From assembly GCA_023663235.1 (NCBI GenBank), contig JAMPHW010000002.1, positions 1-61,771 of the forward strand: a DNA stretch of 61,771 nucleotides, in the 5' to 3' direction. Each line of letters starts with the position of its first letter. Position 1 is the stretch's first letter. Below the pieces are notes generated by a model that saw only the letters and a program-made list of their open reading frames with translations, searched no databases and had not been told where the DNA came from. The translations under genes were made by a program, and so were the position numbers. The DNA is from Ruminococcus sp. (GTDB lineage: Bacteria; Bacillota_I; Bacilli_A; RF39; UBA660). Positions 29,306 to 37,312 of the stretch are shown piece by piece.

Positions 29306-30155
29306 TATCAAACACAATTCCTTTTATATACTCATCCTTGATATCATTAATAATACGATTGCTAATTCTCTCATAATCAGCTTCTCCATTTCTCATAGCT
29401 CCCATTCTTCTTCCTAATTCATTATATATTTTTTCAAAGTCAAGTTCAATATTATTTGGTTCAATTCCATATCTATCTTGTAAAATTGACGGATAATATC
29501 TATTTAATTTATTAAGAATATGAACTGCAACTTCGTTTACATCTAATACCTCAGTTTTTATTGAAAAGAAAGATGCTAAATTTAAAGCCACCTCACTGTT
29601 TTCAATTTTAGGCCATAAAATGCCTGGAGTATCTAAAAGCATAATATTATGATCTGTTTTAAGCCACGTTAAGCCTTTTGTAATTCCTGGTTTATTTCCA
29701 ACACTTACCACTTTTCTACCTGCTAATTTATTAATTAGTGTCGATTTCCCAACATTAGGAATTCCGACTACTAAAACATGAACCTCTTTCTTTTTAAGAC
29801 CTTTTTCTAATCTCTTAGCTTGTAACGTTTCCATTAAACTATGAGTTTCACTAATTATACTTGAAATATCATTAGGATTATTTAAATCAGCCAAAATAAC
29901 CTTAGTTCCTAAATTTTCATAGTATTGTCTCCATTTATCCATTAAAATAGGGTCTGCTAAATCTTTTTTTGTCATAATAAGTATTTTAGGTTTAGTTCCT
30001 ATTATGTCATAAATATTTTTTATCTTCGAAGATCTAGGTATACGCGAATCAATAAGCTCGTATACTAAGTCTATATTTTGATATTCTTTAAGCATTAATC
30101 TTTTGGCTTTTTCCATATGTCCTGGATACCAATTTATTGTATTTTTATCATTCAT
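29295..30155 (-). CDS. rbgA: Ribosome biogenesis GTPase A (YlqF/RbgA)
   Basis: INWYPGHM start and circularly permuted GTPase motifs (TKKD, GIPNVGKST, DTPG). Confidence 0.93.
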   Translation of the reverse strand: MNDKNTINWYPGHMEKAKRLMLKEYQNIDLVYELIDSRIPRSSKIKNIYDIIGTKPKILIMTKKDLADPILMDKWRQYYENLGTKVILADLNNPNDISSIISETHSLMETLQAKRLEKGLKKKEVHVLVVGIPNVGKSTLINKLAGRKVVSVGNKPGITKGLTWLKTDHNIMLLDTPGILWPKIENSEVALNLASFFSIKTEVLDVNEVAVHILNKLNRYYPSILQDRYGIEPNNIELDFEKIYNELGRRMGAMRNGEADYERISNRIINDIKDEYIKGIVFDNEI

Positions 30156-30156
30156 T

Positions 30157-31110
30157 TTATTTCACTCCTTTTTTTGATTGTGATGATAGAAAATATATTT
30201 CATAGCCATCAACAAGCTGTTCTATCATGTTATTTAACTGGTTAATCAATTCTTTGTTAGTTCCATTAATTGCCTCGTAGTAAGCTTTGATTCCTAATAA
30301 AAGCAATTTTGCCTTATCATAAGACGGAATTATACTTTGCATGATTTCATAGTATTCTTCTAGTGAATGATTTCGCCTTGCACTATGCAAATTACCTTCA
30401 GTGACTCTATCTAGTTTACGAGCAAAATTTGGTGATGTAGCACTATTAGATACTTCATCTGTTTCCATGGCATTAAACATCTCTTCTAATCCTCTACTAT
30501 CATTTTCCTTTATTTCTTTGCTATTATCAAGCCTATAGTAAGAATCACCATTCGTCGTTTTATATGACTGACTTATAGGAATTCTCATTTGTAAAAAACC
30601 AGTACTAATAGTAACATTCCATGCGTCTTCTAATTTTATTTCACTAACAGACAAATGCCCAATTTCATGAGCAATTATCTGTTGAAATATTAAATTTAAT
30701 TGCCAGTTTATATTTAACTCTTTCAAAAACTTTCTTGGTATCTTTATATTTATAGTATTACTAAAAGCTTCATAGGAAGCAGACGATTCTTGTAAATCAC
30801 TTTCATCGTCGGACTTAATATATAAATTTTGTAAATTTCTTTGCAAAGCTGAATTAGAAAAACCATTTTTATTATTATTCTCTAAATACTTTTTACCTAT
30901 ATTATCTATAAATTGTCTAATCTCATTTAAAGTTTGCAAAGATTTAAATTTTTTAGCTAATATTTTACTCTTAATTTCATCTGAAACTGGTATGATTTTT
31001 CCATTATTTTCAATATAAAAATATAATTCTCGCGTAAGAATATCTGTACCTTCTAATATTTGCATATCTTCAAATTTAAAATTGTCTATCTCAACAACTA
31101 TTTTACTCAT
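30157..31110 (-). CDS. Hypothetical protein with an HExxH motif (possible zinc metallopeptidase)
   Basis: 317 aa with IIAHEIGHLS. No signal peptide. RBS AAAGGAGG. The stop is 1 nt before the rbgA start. Confidence 0.55.
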   Translation of the reverse strand: MSKIVVEIDNFKFEDMQILEGTDILTRELYFYIENNGKIIPVSDEIKSKILAKKFKSLQTLNEIRQFIDNIGKKYLENNNKNGFSNSALQRNLQNLYIKSDDESDLQESSASYEAFSNTINIKIPRKFLKELNINWQLNLIFQQIIAHEIGHLSVSEIKLEDAWNVTISTGFLQMRIPISQSYKTTNGDSYYRLDNSKEIKENDSRGLEEMFNAMETDEVSNSATSPNFARKLDRVTEGNLHSARRNHSLEEYYEIMQSIIPSYDKAKLLLLGIKAYYEAINGTNKELINQLNNMIEQLVDGYEIYFLSSQSKKGVK

Positions 31111-31146
31111 AAAATTAAATCCTCCTTTGATGAAGAGAAAACTAAA

Positions 31147-31270
31147 AAAAATGTAAAAACTTTTTGATAATCTCTTGTTTTATAAAGGGTTGCTAGGGTG
31201 TTTCTTTAAATCCCACTTACCCAGTTGATTGTCGAATTTTGTCGATTATTCATCTACTTCACTTCCTTTT
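31147..31270 (-). repeat. Decayed small-ORF module, copy A (homologous to 32387-32512)
   Basis: Minus strand AGGAAGTGAAGTAG-ATGAATAAT...CCTAGCAACCCTTTATAAAACAAGAGATTATCAAAAAGTTTTTACA. It reads MNNRQNSTINWVSGI*RNTLATLYKTRDYQKVFTFF.. with one in-frame stop. Confidence 0.6.
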
Positions 31271-31333
31271 ATATTGCTTAGTAATTGGTAAATTTTATTA
31301 TAGCAATCATTTCTATTTTCTTCTAAATTATAC

Positions 31334-32359
31334 TTATCCATTATTATCATCCATCTTACTTTCATTTAAATATTTATTATAAAATTCATCCATAGAAGAA
31401 ATATATTCTTGATCCTGTATTATTCTATATTTTTCATATTCGCTTTCTGCTTTATCGACTGCCTCTTTGTGTGAAATATTTCCAGAATGTTTCAAAATAT
31501 TTTTTCTTCTAAATTTTAATAAGTCATCTGTTGCATTAATCCAATCCTGCATAGTCATAATATGCCTTTCTTTTGCCTCATCTTCTGCAAAAACTAGAAA
31601 CATATTTGTTAAATCATTTAACTTATTTAATTCTTCTTCATTCAAGTAATTTTTAGCAATTGAAACATCATATTTATATATCAATCCGTCAGGGCTATTC
31701 TTCCAATTTGTAAGTCCCATATGATCTTTGTTGGAATCTGCTCGACTATATATAAGTTCAGCGGCTGTATGTCCAGAGATGGCGAAGTGAAGTTTATTTT
31801 GCACAATTTTGAAAAAGGTATAGGCTTCTTCTGACTTAGAATTATAATCTGTTGATGTGGCAATAAATAAATCTGTTATTTTTTGATAAGACATTCTTTC
31901 ACTTACTCGGATAGTCTTTATTCTTTCAAGTAATTCGTCAAAGTATTTCATATCGTATTTATTACCTTTGATAAATCTTTCATCATTTAGAGCAAATCCT
32001 TTAGTCATATATTCCTTTAATATTTTTGTTGCCCATATTCTAAACTCCGTTGCCTTCTTGGAATTGATTCTGTAGCCTACTGCAATAATAGCGTCTAAAT
32101 TAAAGACATCTGTATTATAATTTTTTCCATCATCTGCAGTTATTTCCATTTTGGAAACAACTGAATCTCTATTTAATTCTCCATCATCAAATATATTTTT
32201 CAATTGTTTTGAAATAGCAGGCACTTGCACATCAAAAACTTTTGACATTCCTTTTTGCGATAGCCATAATGTTTCATCTTTATATATTGCATCAACAACT
32301 ATATTACCATCTTTATTTTTATAAATTAACAAATTATTTTTTTCTTCTAACTCATTCAT
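31334..32359 (-). CDS. RhuM-family virulence-associated protein
   Basis: LLIYKNKDGNIVVDAIYKDETLWLSQKGMSKVFDVQVPAISKQLKNIF...AVGYRINSKKATEFRIWATKILKEY is the characteristic RhuM pattern. ATG 32359 (RBS AAAGAGGTG) is preferred over the ORF-track TTG. Confidence 0.8.
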   Translation of the reverse strand: MNELEEKNNLLIYKNKDGNIVVDAIYKDETLWLSQKGMSKVFDVQVPAISKQLKNIFDDGELNRDSVVSKMEITADDGKNYNTDVFNLDAIIAVGYRINSKKATEFRIWATKILKEYMTKGFALNDERFIKGNKYDMKYFDELLERIKTIRVSERMSYQKITDLFIATSTDYNSKSEEAYTFFKIVQNKLHFAISGHTAAELIYSRADSNKDHMGLTNWKNSPDGLIYKYDVSIAKNYLNEEELNKLNDLTNMFLVFAEDEAKERHIMTMQDWINATDDLLKFRRKNILKHSGNISHKEAVDKAESEYEKYRIIQDQEYISSMDEFYNKYLNESKMDDNNG

Positions 32360-32386
32360 TTTTTCACCTCTTTTTCTTGTTTTTAG

Positions 32387-32512
32387 CAAAATGTGTAAAA
32401 ACTTTTTTATTTAATCCCTTTATTTATAAGGCTTTGCTAATGATTTTCCATAAATCCTGATACCATAATTTATTATGTTTTTATCATTCATTATTTTCAC
32501 TTCCTCTACTTT
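32387..32512 (-). repeat. Decayed small-ORF module, copy B (homologous to 31147-31270)
   Basis: Minus strand AGGAAGTGAAAATA-ATGAATGAT...CATTAGCAAAGCCTTATAAATAAAGGGATTAAATAAAAAAGTTTTTACA. It reads MNDKNIINYGIRIYGKSLAKPYK*RD*IKKVFTHF.. with two in-frame stops. Confidence 0.6.
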
Positions 32513-32934
32513 CTTATTTTAGAATCGTATTTTATATAATTTTTATAAAACTCATAATATTTTTCAATAGAATCATTAACATTTATCCAATAGTAATTTG
32601 TCATCATATTATCATATACATCAATTTCAGTTTTTTCTAATTTACCACCTAAAGCTAAAATTGTTTTATTCGAACCAATATTATCAGTAGTACAATCCAA
32701 TAAGACTCTTTCCTCTCCATTTTTTTGCTCTTCTAACAACCCTAAGTATAATGTTAATTTTGCATAACCTTTTTCAAGTTCTAATAACCACTCTTCATAA
32801 GTCATTCCAGCCAAACATCTATCCATACTACCAGTACCATTTAAATCTGAATTATATCTGACATGTTCCTCTAAATAATCTAAGGCTTCTTTTTTTCTAT
32901 TTATTGTAGGTATTTCTAAAAAGAATTTTTCCAT
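32506..32934 (-). CDS. GNAT-like acetyltransferase remnant (apparent in-frame internal deletion)
   Basis: 142 aa. The N-terminus (EALDYLEEH...NGTGSMD...YEEWL) and C-terminus (GYAKLTL..VLLDCTTDNIGSNKTILALGGKLE) resemble a Firmicute GNAT family, but the central acetyl-CoA-binding beta strands (~50 aa) seem to be missing. Confidence 0.45.
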   Translation of the reverse strand: MEKFFLEIPTINRKKEALDYLEEHVRYNSDLNGTGSMDRCLAGMTYEEWLLELEKGYAKLTLYLGLLEEQKNGEERVLLDCTTDNIGSNKTILALGGKLEKTEIDVYDNMMTNYYWINVNDSIEKYYEFYKNYIKYDSKIRK

Positions 32935-33019
32935 AAATTTCCTCCTTATGCTACATAATCAAAAACCCAACCCTTGTACTTCTAATAATTAAATCTCTAC
33001 TCATAAAACAAATATCTCC

Positions 33020-33601
33020 TTATTTATCTTTTTTGCTTATTTTTGCTAGCTTGTTTAATTTATATATAACATCACCAAAATTTTTGTCTTTACTTAACTC
33101 AATAGTTGAAATCCACTTATAACCTTTAAATTCTTTTTCATCAAAAGATATTTCATTCATTGTTTCAACCAAAAACAAATATCTAAAATCAAAATGATAA
33201 TGTTCTAGCATATTAACCCTTTTATTAAACGGAATCATATGTGTATCAATATCAAATGGTAAAATAGTACCACATATCTTTAATAAATCTAAACCTTCTA
33301 AGCCAGTCTCTTCCTTTAATTCTCTTTTTGCCGCATCCAATAAAGTGCTATCACCTTCATCAATATGTCCACCTGGATATAAATACATTTTTAAATCTTT
33401 GTGATATAACACTAAAAACTTATCATCTTTTTTACAATATACAAATGCGCCAACAGTTAAATGACCTTCTTGATTATTCCAATCTATAATTTTTTCTCCA
33501 GAAGTTTGCTCTAGAAATTTTATCAGTTTAGTTAGTCTACCTTTCTCATTTGGAAACACTTTTAAATAATCATCAATTAACAACTGAATATTTTCTTTCA
33601 T
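33020..33601 (-). CDS. NUDIX hydrolase
   Basis: Nudix box GGHIDEGDSTLLDAAKRELKEETGL. ATG 33601 (RBS GGAGAGA) removes the overlap with the upstream gene. Confidence 0.85.
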   Translation of the reverse strand: MKENIQLLIDDYLKVFPNEKGRLTKLIKFLEQTSGEKIIDWNNQEGHLTVGAFVYCKKDDKFLVLYHKDLKMYLYPGGHIDEGDSTLLDAAKRELKEETGLEGLDLLKICGTILPFDIDTHMIPFNKRVNMLEHYHFDFRYLFLVETMNEISFDEKEFKGYKWISTIELSKDKNFGDVIYKLNKLAKISKKDK

Positions 33602-33639
33602 AATCTCTCCGCTTCTTCTCCATATACTTTTAACCTTAA

Positions 33640-34431
33640 TTATTTTACACACTCTTTGGTACAAAGTTTTTTTAAAGGACATTCATAACACTTTTTATTA
33701 TTGCAGAAACTATTACCTACTTCCCATAGATATTTATCTACATCACTAGGATTAATATTCATTTCTTTGCCACATTTAACATAAGCGTCTGATAAGTTTT
33801 TAACATTTTTGTTATTTATTTTTTTGTCATTTATAATACTAGTTAGATAGCTAATTTCAACATCATGTCTATCAATAGGAATACTTTCAATATTTTCTTT
33901 AAAATTACATATTTGTGTATCACAAATTATCCTTGTTAATAATCCACCTGTCTTTTGACCATAACTTTTAAGACTTCTTATAAATGAATTAAGTTCTTCA
34001 AAACTGTTAATACTTCTTAAATAATTTAAAATACTATCATACTCAATTAGTTTTTTTGATAAGATAATCCATTTTCTAACTGCTACATTAGGATATCTTG
34101 GATGAATATTATTTATTATAATATCTTTTAATATATTTTCGTTCATTTCTAAAACGCATCTTGGAACAAATATATTTGGATAAATTTTATAAGTATTTAC
34201 CAAATTTTTATGGTATACTTTTGAACGTATACCATAATCAAGCAAACAAGAATAAAACATATATAAATAGTATTCTTTTGTTTTATATAATATATTTGAT
34301 GGGTATTCTATATCTGCTATTTTATTTTTATCCTTAAAATAATTATTTAAACACTCAATCACTTTCATACATTTTTTATAATCAATAAAGTTATTTTTTT
34401 CTTCTATTTTACAAAAATTCATCATTTTCAC
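33640..34431 (-). CDS. Hypothetical protein, possibly HhH-GPD/endonuclease-III-like with a C-terminal Cys cluster
   Basis: 263 aa. YGQKTGGLL...IPIDRHDVEISYL resembles the HhH and pvDtHv motifs. The C-terminal CNNKKCYECPLKKLC (C-x4-C-x2-C-x5-C) resembles an Fe-S cluster loop. Confidence 0.4.
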   Translation of the reverse strand: MKMMNFCKIEEKNNFIDYKKCMKVIECLNNYFKDKNKIADIEYPSNILYKTKEYYLYMFYSCLLDYGIRSKVYHKNLVNTYKIYPNIFVPRCVLEMNENILKDIIINNIHPRYPNVAVRKWIILSKKLIEYDSILNYLRSINSFEELNSFIRSLKSYGQKTGGLLTRIICDTQICNFKENIESIPIDRHDVEISYLTSIINDKKINNKNVKNLSDAYVKCGKEMNINPSDVDKYLWEVGNSFCNNKKCYECPLKKLCTKECVK

Positions 34432-34452
34432 ATTCTTTGCTTTTAGTTTTTT

Positions 34453-34965
34453 CTAGTTCGAATTTCTTACATCATAATGGCATTTAACTTGCGAGTGCCT
34501 TTTATCATTACTATCTTCATCTTCATATATTATTTTCCCATTCATTTTTTCATAAAAATCTCGTCCAATCATGTTATATTTGTTGCAAGAAACAAACAAA
34601 TTAGTATAACCATTATCTTTAACTTTATGACAAGCAAGTTCAAATAGCTCTCTACCTATGCCTCTCCTTTGAAAAGACTCTAGCAAATACAGCAAAATAA
34701 GTTCTTGCTCATAATTTTTAAACGTTCTAAGAGGTCGCCCTATCGCCATATATCCAACTAATTTATCTTCACTTTCAACAACAAAAAAGTCTATTTTATT
34801 GTCAGTTATTATATTATAAAATTTATTTTCTGCTTTTTCATAATTAAAACTATCTATTAAATCATCTTCATATATTCCTCTATATGTTTCAGCCCATAAT
34901 TTCTGTTTTAGTATAGCTAAATTTCTAATATCTTCTATGATTGCCAATCTAATTTTATAATTCAT
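34453..34965 (-). CDS. GNAT family N-acetyltransferase
   Basis: 170 aa with motif A QRRGIGRELFE. RBS AAAGGG. Confidence 0.8.
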   Translation of the reverse strand: MNYKIRLAIIEDIRNLAILKQKLWAETYRGIYEDDLIDSFNYEKAENKFYNIITDNKIDFFVVESEDKLVGYMAIGRPLRTFKNYEQELILLYLLESFQRRGIGRELFELACHKVKDNGYTNLFVSCNKYNMIGRDFYEKMNGKIIYEDEDSNDKRHSQVKCHYDVRNSN

Positions 34966-34988
34966 TATTACCCTTTAATTAATACCAT

Positions 34989-35129
34989 TTACTTTATTTT
35001 AACTAACTTAATCTTATTCCCTATATTCATAGTCTTTAGAACCCGTTCTAGAACTTCTACTTTTTCGACATTTTCATTCGCATAAGTACCTTTTTTAGCT
35101 TCAATTAAAAATTCTCTTAAATCTTTCAT
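34989..35129 (-). pseudogene. 46-codon ORF resembling the N-terminus of DUF5680 proteins (gene fragment)
   Basis: Below the ORF-track length cutoff. RBS AAAGGAGAT plus ATG at 35129 gives MKDLREFLIEAKKGTYANENVEKV.., then divergent sequence and a stop. The L..FL.EAKK.TYA start matches DUF5680 as I recall it. Confidence 0.35.
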
Positions 35130-35263
35130 TTTATCTCCTTTCAAAATATAATAACTATTCATCTAGCAATTCTATTTCCTATTTAATTATATCATGCGAA
35201 CATATATGTGTCAATTTATACTTTAAATATCAATAAAAAAACACTCATTTTTAAAAGAGTATT

Positions 35264-35746
35264 TTATTCAACTTTTCCGAAGCTCTTAAAAGGATAAAGG
35301 ACAAAATTTGTAGTACCTTTTATTTCATTTTCCTTAATAGAACCAAATAATCTGGAGTCTAAAGAAACAACTCGGTTATCTCCTAATACAAAATATTCAT
35401 CTTCTTTAAGTGTTGTTTTATCAATATTATATGTAACTCCATAACCATATTTATCTTCTAAAAGCTTATCATTAACATATATTTCATTGTCTTTAATTTC
35501 AATAGTTTCCCCAGGAAGAGCGATTACTCTCTTAATTAAATTATCTTCTTCTTCAGGAATTTTTAAAACAACAATATCAAATCTATCTATTTTGCCTAAT
35601 TTATTTAAAAGCATTATTTCTCCACCTTTTAAAGTCGGATACATACTAGGTCCATTAACTCTAACTGGTGTTACTAAAAAAGAACGAATTAACACTACTA
35701 CTATAACAATTATAATATAAGGAATTAAACTTTTTATAAACTTCAT
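35264..35746 (-). CDS. lepB: Signal peptidase I
   Basis: TM followed by VNGPSMYPTL (catalytic Ser box), KRVIALPGE and GDNR boxes. ATG 35746 (RBS AAGGTG) is preferred over the GTG at 35755. Confidence 0.93.
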   Translation of the reverse strand: MKFIKSLIPYIIIVIVVVLIRSFLVTPVRVNGPSMYPTLKGGEIMLLNKLGKIDRFDIVVLKIPEEEDNLIKRVIALPGETIEIKDNEIYVNDKLLEDKYGYGVTYNIDKTTLKEDEYFVLGDNRVVSLDSRLFGSIKENEIKGTTNFVLYPFKSFGKVE

Positions 35747-35841
35747 TAAAATCACCTTAACCTATAATTATCTTATCACTTTTTACTATTACTTTCAAGA
35801 TAAAAAAAGAAATAGCCTTAAATCTATTTCTGTCATTTTTT

Positions 35842-36201
35842 TTAATTGGTTTTAACGCTATCGTTTCTTTCTTTAACACGATATTCTTTACGCATATTCT
35901 TGATAAAGTTAAGTTTAGCACGTCTAACCATACCTTTTTTAACAACTACAATCTTATCAATAGTTGGTGCATTAACTGGAAAAATACGAGTTACACCAAT
36001 TCCACCAGACTTTTTTCTAACTGAGAAAGTTTCAGAAACTCCAGAACCTTTCTTAGCTACAACTAAGCCTTCAAATGCTTGAATTCTCTCTTTTTTTCCT
36101 TCTTTAACCCATACATCAACACGAACAGTGTCCCCAACTCTAAATTCAGGAACATCTTTTCTTATATGACGTTCATTAATTTTGTCTACTAAATTAGCCA
36201 T
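35842..36201 (-). CDS. rplS: 50S ribosomal protein L19
   Basis: FRVGDTVRVDVWVKEGKKERIQAFEGLVVAKKGSG..FSVRK matches L19. The start is ATG 36201 (or 36207). Confidence 0.96.
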   Translation of the reverse strand: MANLVDKINERHIRKDVPEFRVGDTVRVDVWVKEGKKERIQAFEGLVVAKKGSGVSETFSVRKKSGGIGVTRIFPVNAPTIDKIVVVKKGMVRRAKLNFIKNMRKEYRVKERNDSVKTN

Positions 36202-36207
36202 TTTCAT

Positions 36208-36288
36208 CTATCCTCTCTATTTTATTTTAACCAATAGTCATTACCAAAATAAGCGGACTATTTTCTTGGGTTCCTATGCATTATAACA
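36208..36288 (-). promoter_or_regulatory. rplS promoter (extended -10) plus a structured 5' leader, possible L19 leader
   Basis: Minus strand TGTTATAAT at 36280-36288. The ~70 nt leader contains AATAGTC...GACTATT (7 bp) and the competing pairing CCAA(GAA)AATA/TATTTTGG. Confidence 0.45.
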
Positions 36289-36295
36289 CAAAAGG

Positions 36296-36790
36296 TTATA
36301 AAACACAATCTTTTTTTATTTTTAAAGCTCTTTCTAAAGGTAAAGATAATTCTATCAAATAAGTATTATTTAATGCTATTCTATCTAAATTTTCATTTTC
36401 TAATAAAAAAGCATAGTCATCAAATGATACTTCACCATCTTTTATTTCTAATTCTTTAAAATGTCTTTTATTACCTTCCATATAAACAACTTTAATTTTA
36501 TTGTCTTCCAAAAATTCTGCCAACAATAACTTACTAGAAAATGGAATAACAAGTCTTCTTTCTAAATACATTTTTCCATCTAATTCTAGTAATCTAAACT
36601 TGACTAGACCTGCCATTAAACGTCCTAAATTAGTTCCTCTACTGACATAACTTTCATTAGCTATTATAACATAAATATCATTATGCCTTCTAAATACAGA
36701 ATAACTATCTAAAAGTAATGTTAAATCCTGTTCTGGAATTTCTAATCTAGGAAGATTAAAGAGACAACTGGTAATATCTTCTTGATCCAT
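36296..36790 (-). CDS. Hypothetical protein
   Basis: 164 aa ORF between greA and rplS. No motif recognised. Confidence 0.55.
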   Translation of the reverse strand: MDQEDITSCLFNLPRLEIPEQDLTLLLDSYSVFRRHNDIYVIIANESYVSRGTNLGRLMAGLVKFRLLELDGKMYLERRLVIPFSSKLLLAEFLEDNKIKVVYMEGNKRHFKELEIKDGEVSFDDYAFLLENENLDRIALNNTYLIELSLPLERALKIKKDCVL

Positions 36791-36796
36791 ACTGGT

Positions 36797-37264
36797 TTAA
36801 TTCACGCTCTTTAATAAAACATCATAATTTCCATTAGGACTTTCAACAGATATTTTCTCTCCTGCTTTATGACCTATTACAGCTTTACCTATTGGAGATT
36901 CATTAGATATCTTGTTATTAAAAGGGTCAGCTTCTAATGAACCAACAATTTTATATTCTTCATCGTCACCAGGTTCATAGTCTATTACTATAGTTGAACC
37001 AACATTAACAACATTTTTATCTTTGTTATCAGCGATTTCCGAATGTTCTAATTTATACTCCAACTCTTTAATACGACTTTCTAACTGTGCTTGTTCATTA
37101 CGAGCTGCATCATAATCAGCATTCTCTGATAAATCGCCTAAGCTTCTTGCATATTTTAAAGCATTAATTACTTCTGGTCTTTTATTTAATTTCAAATCAT
37201 TTAACTCCGCTTCAAGTTCTAAATAACCCTCAGGCGTAAGTACAACTTTATTTTCTTTTTTCAT
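36797..37264 (-). CDS. greA: Transcription elongation factor GreA
   Basis: LTPEGYLELEAELNDLK...ARSLGDLSENADYDAARNEQ, typical of GreA. ATG 37264 (RBS GAGGTG) is preferred over the GTG at 37273. Confidence 0.95.
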   Translation of the reverse strand: MKKENKVVLTPEGYLELEAELNDLKLNKRPEVINALKYARSLGDLSENADYDAARNEQAQLESRIKELEYKLEHSEIADNKDKNVVNVGSTIVIDYEPGDDEEYKIVGSLEADPFNNKISNESPIGKAVIGHKAGEKISVESPNGNYDVLLKSVN

Positions 37265-37312
37265 TCTATTCACCTCATATTTTTTTAAATAATTTATATC
37301 TACAAAAGAATA

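Noticed and set aside
31467-31863. ORFs 31467-31649 (+) and 31681-31863 (-) inside the RhuM gene
   Set aside because: They are alternative-frame or antisense ORFs within a gene with a strong family signature, and there is no independent support. 32242-32460 (+) likewise overlaps the RhuM 5' end and module B.
31147-32512. Idea that the repeated modules are integron attC-like recombination sites
   Set aside because: I saw no imperfect-palindrome structure of attC type and no integron integrase. The modules sit upstream of ORFs with an RBS-ATG and residual coding similarity, which fits decayed small ORFs or leaders better.
35757-35945. 62-aa minus-strand ORF overlapping the rplS 3' end
   Set aside because: It is out of frame with rplS, spans the rplS-lepB intergenic region, and has no RBS or motif.
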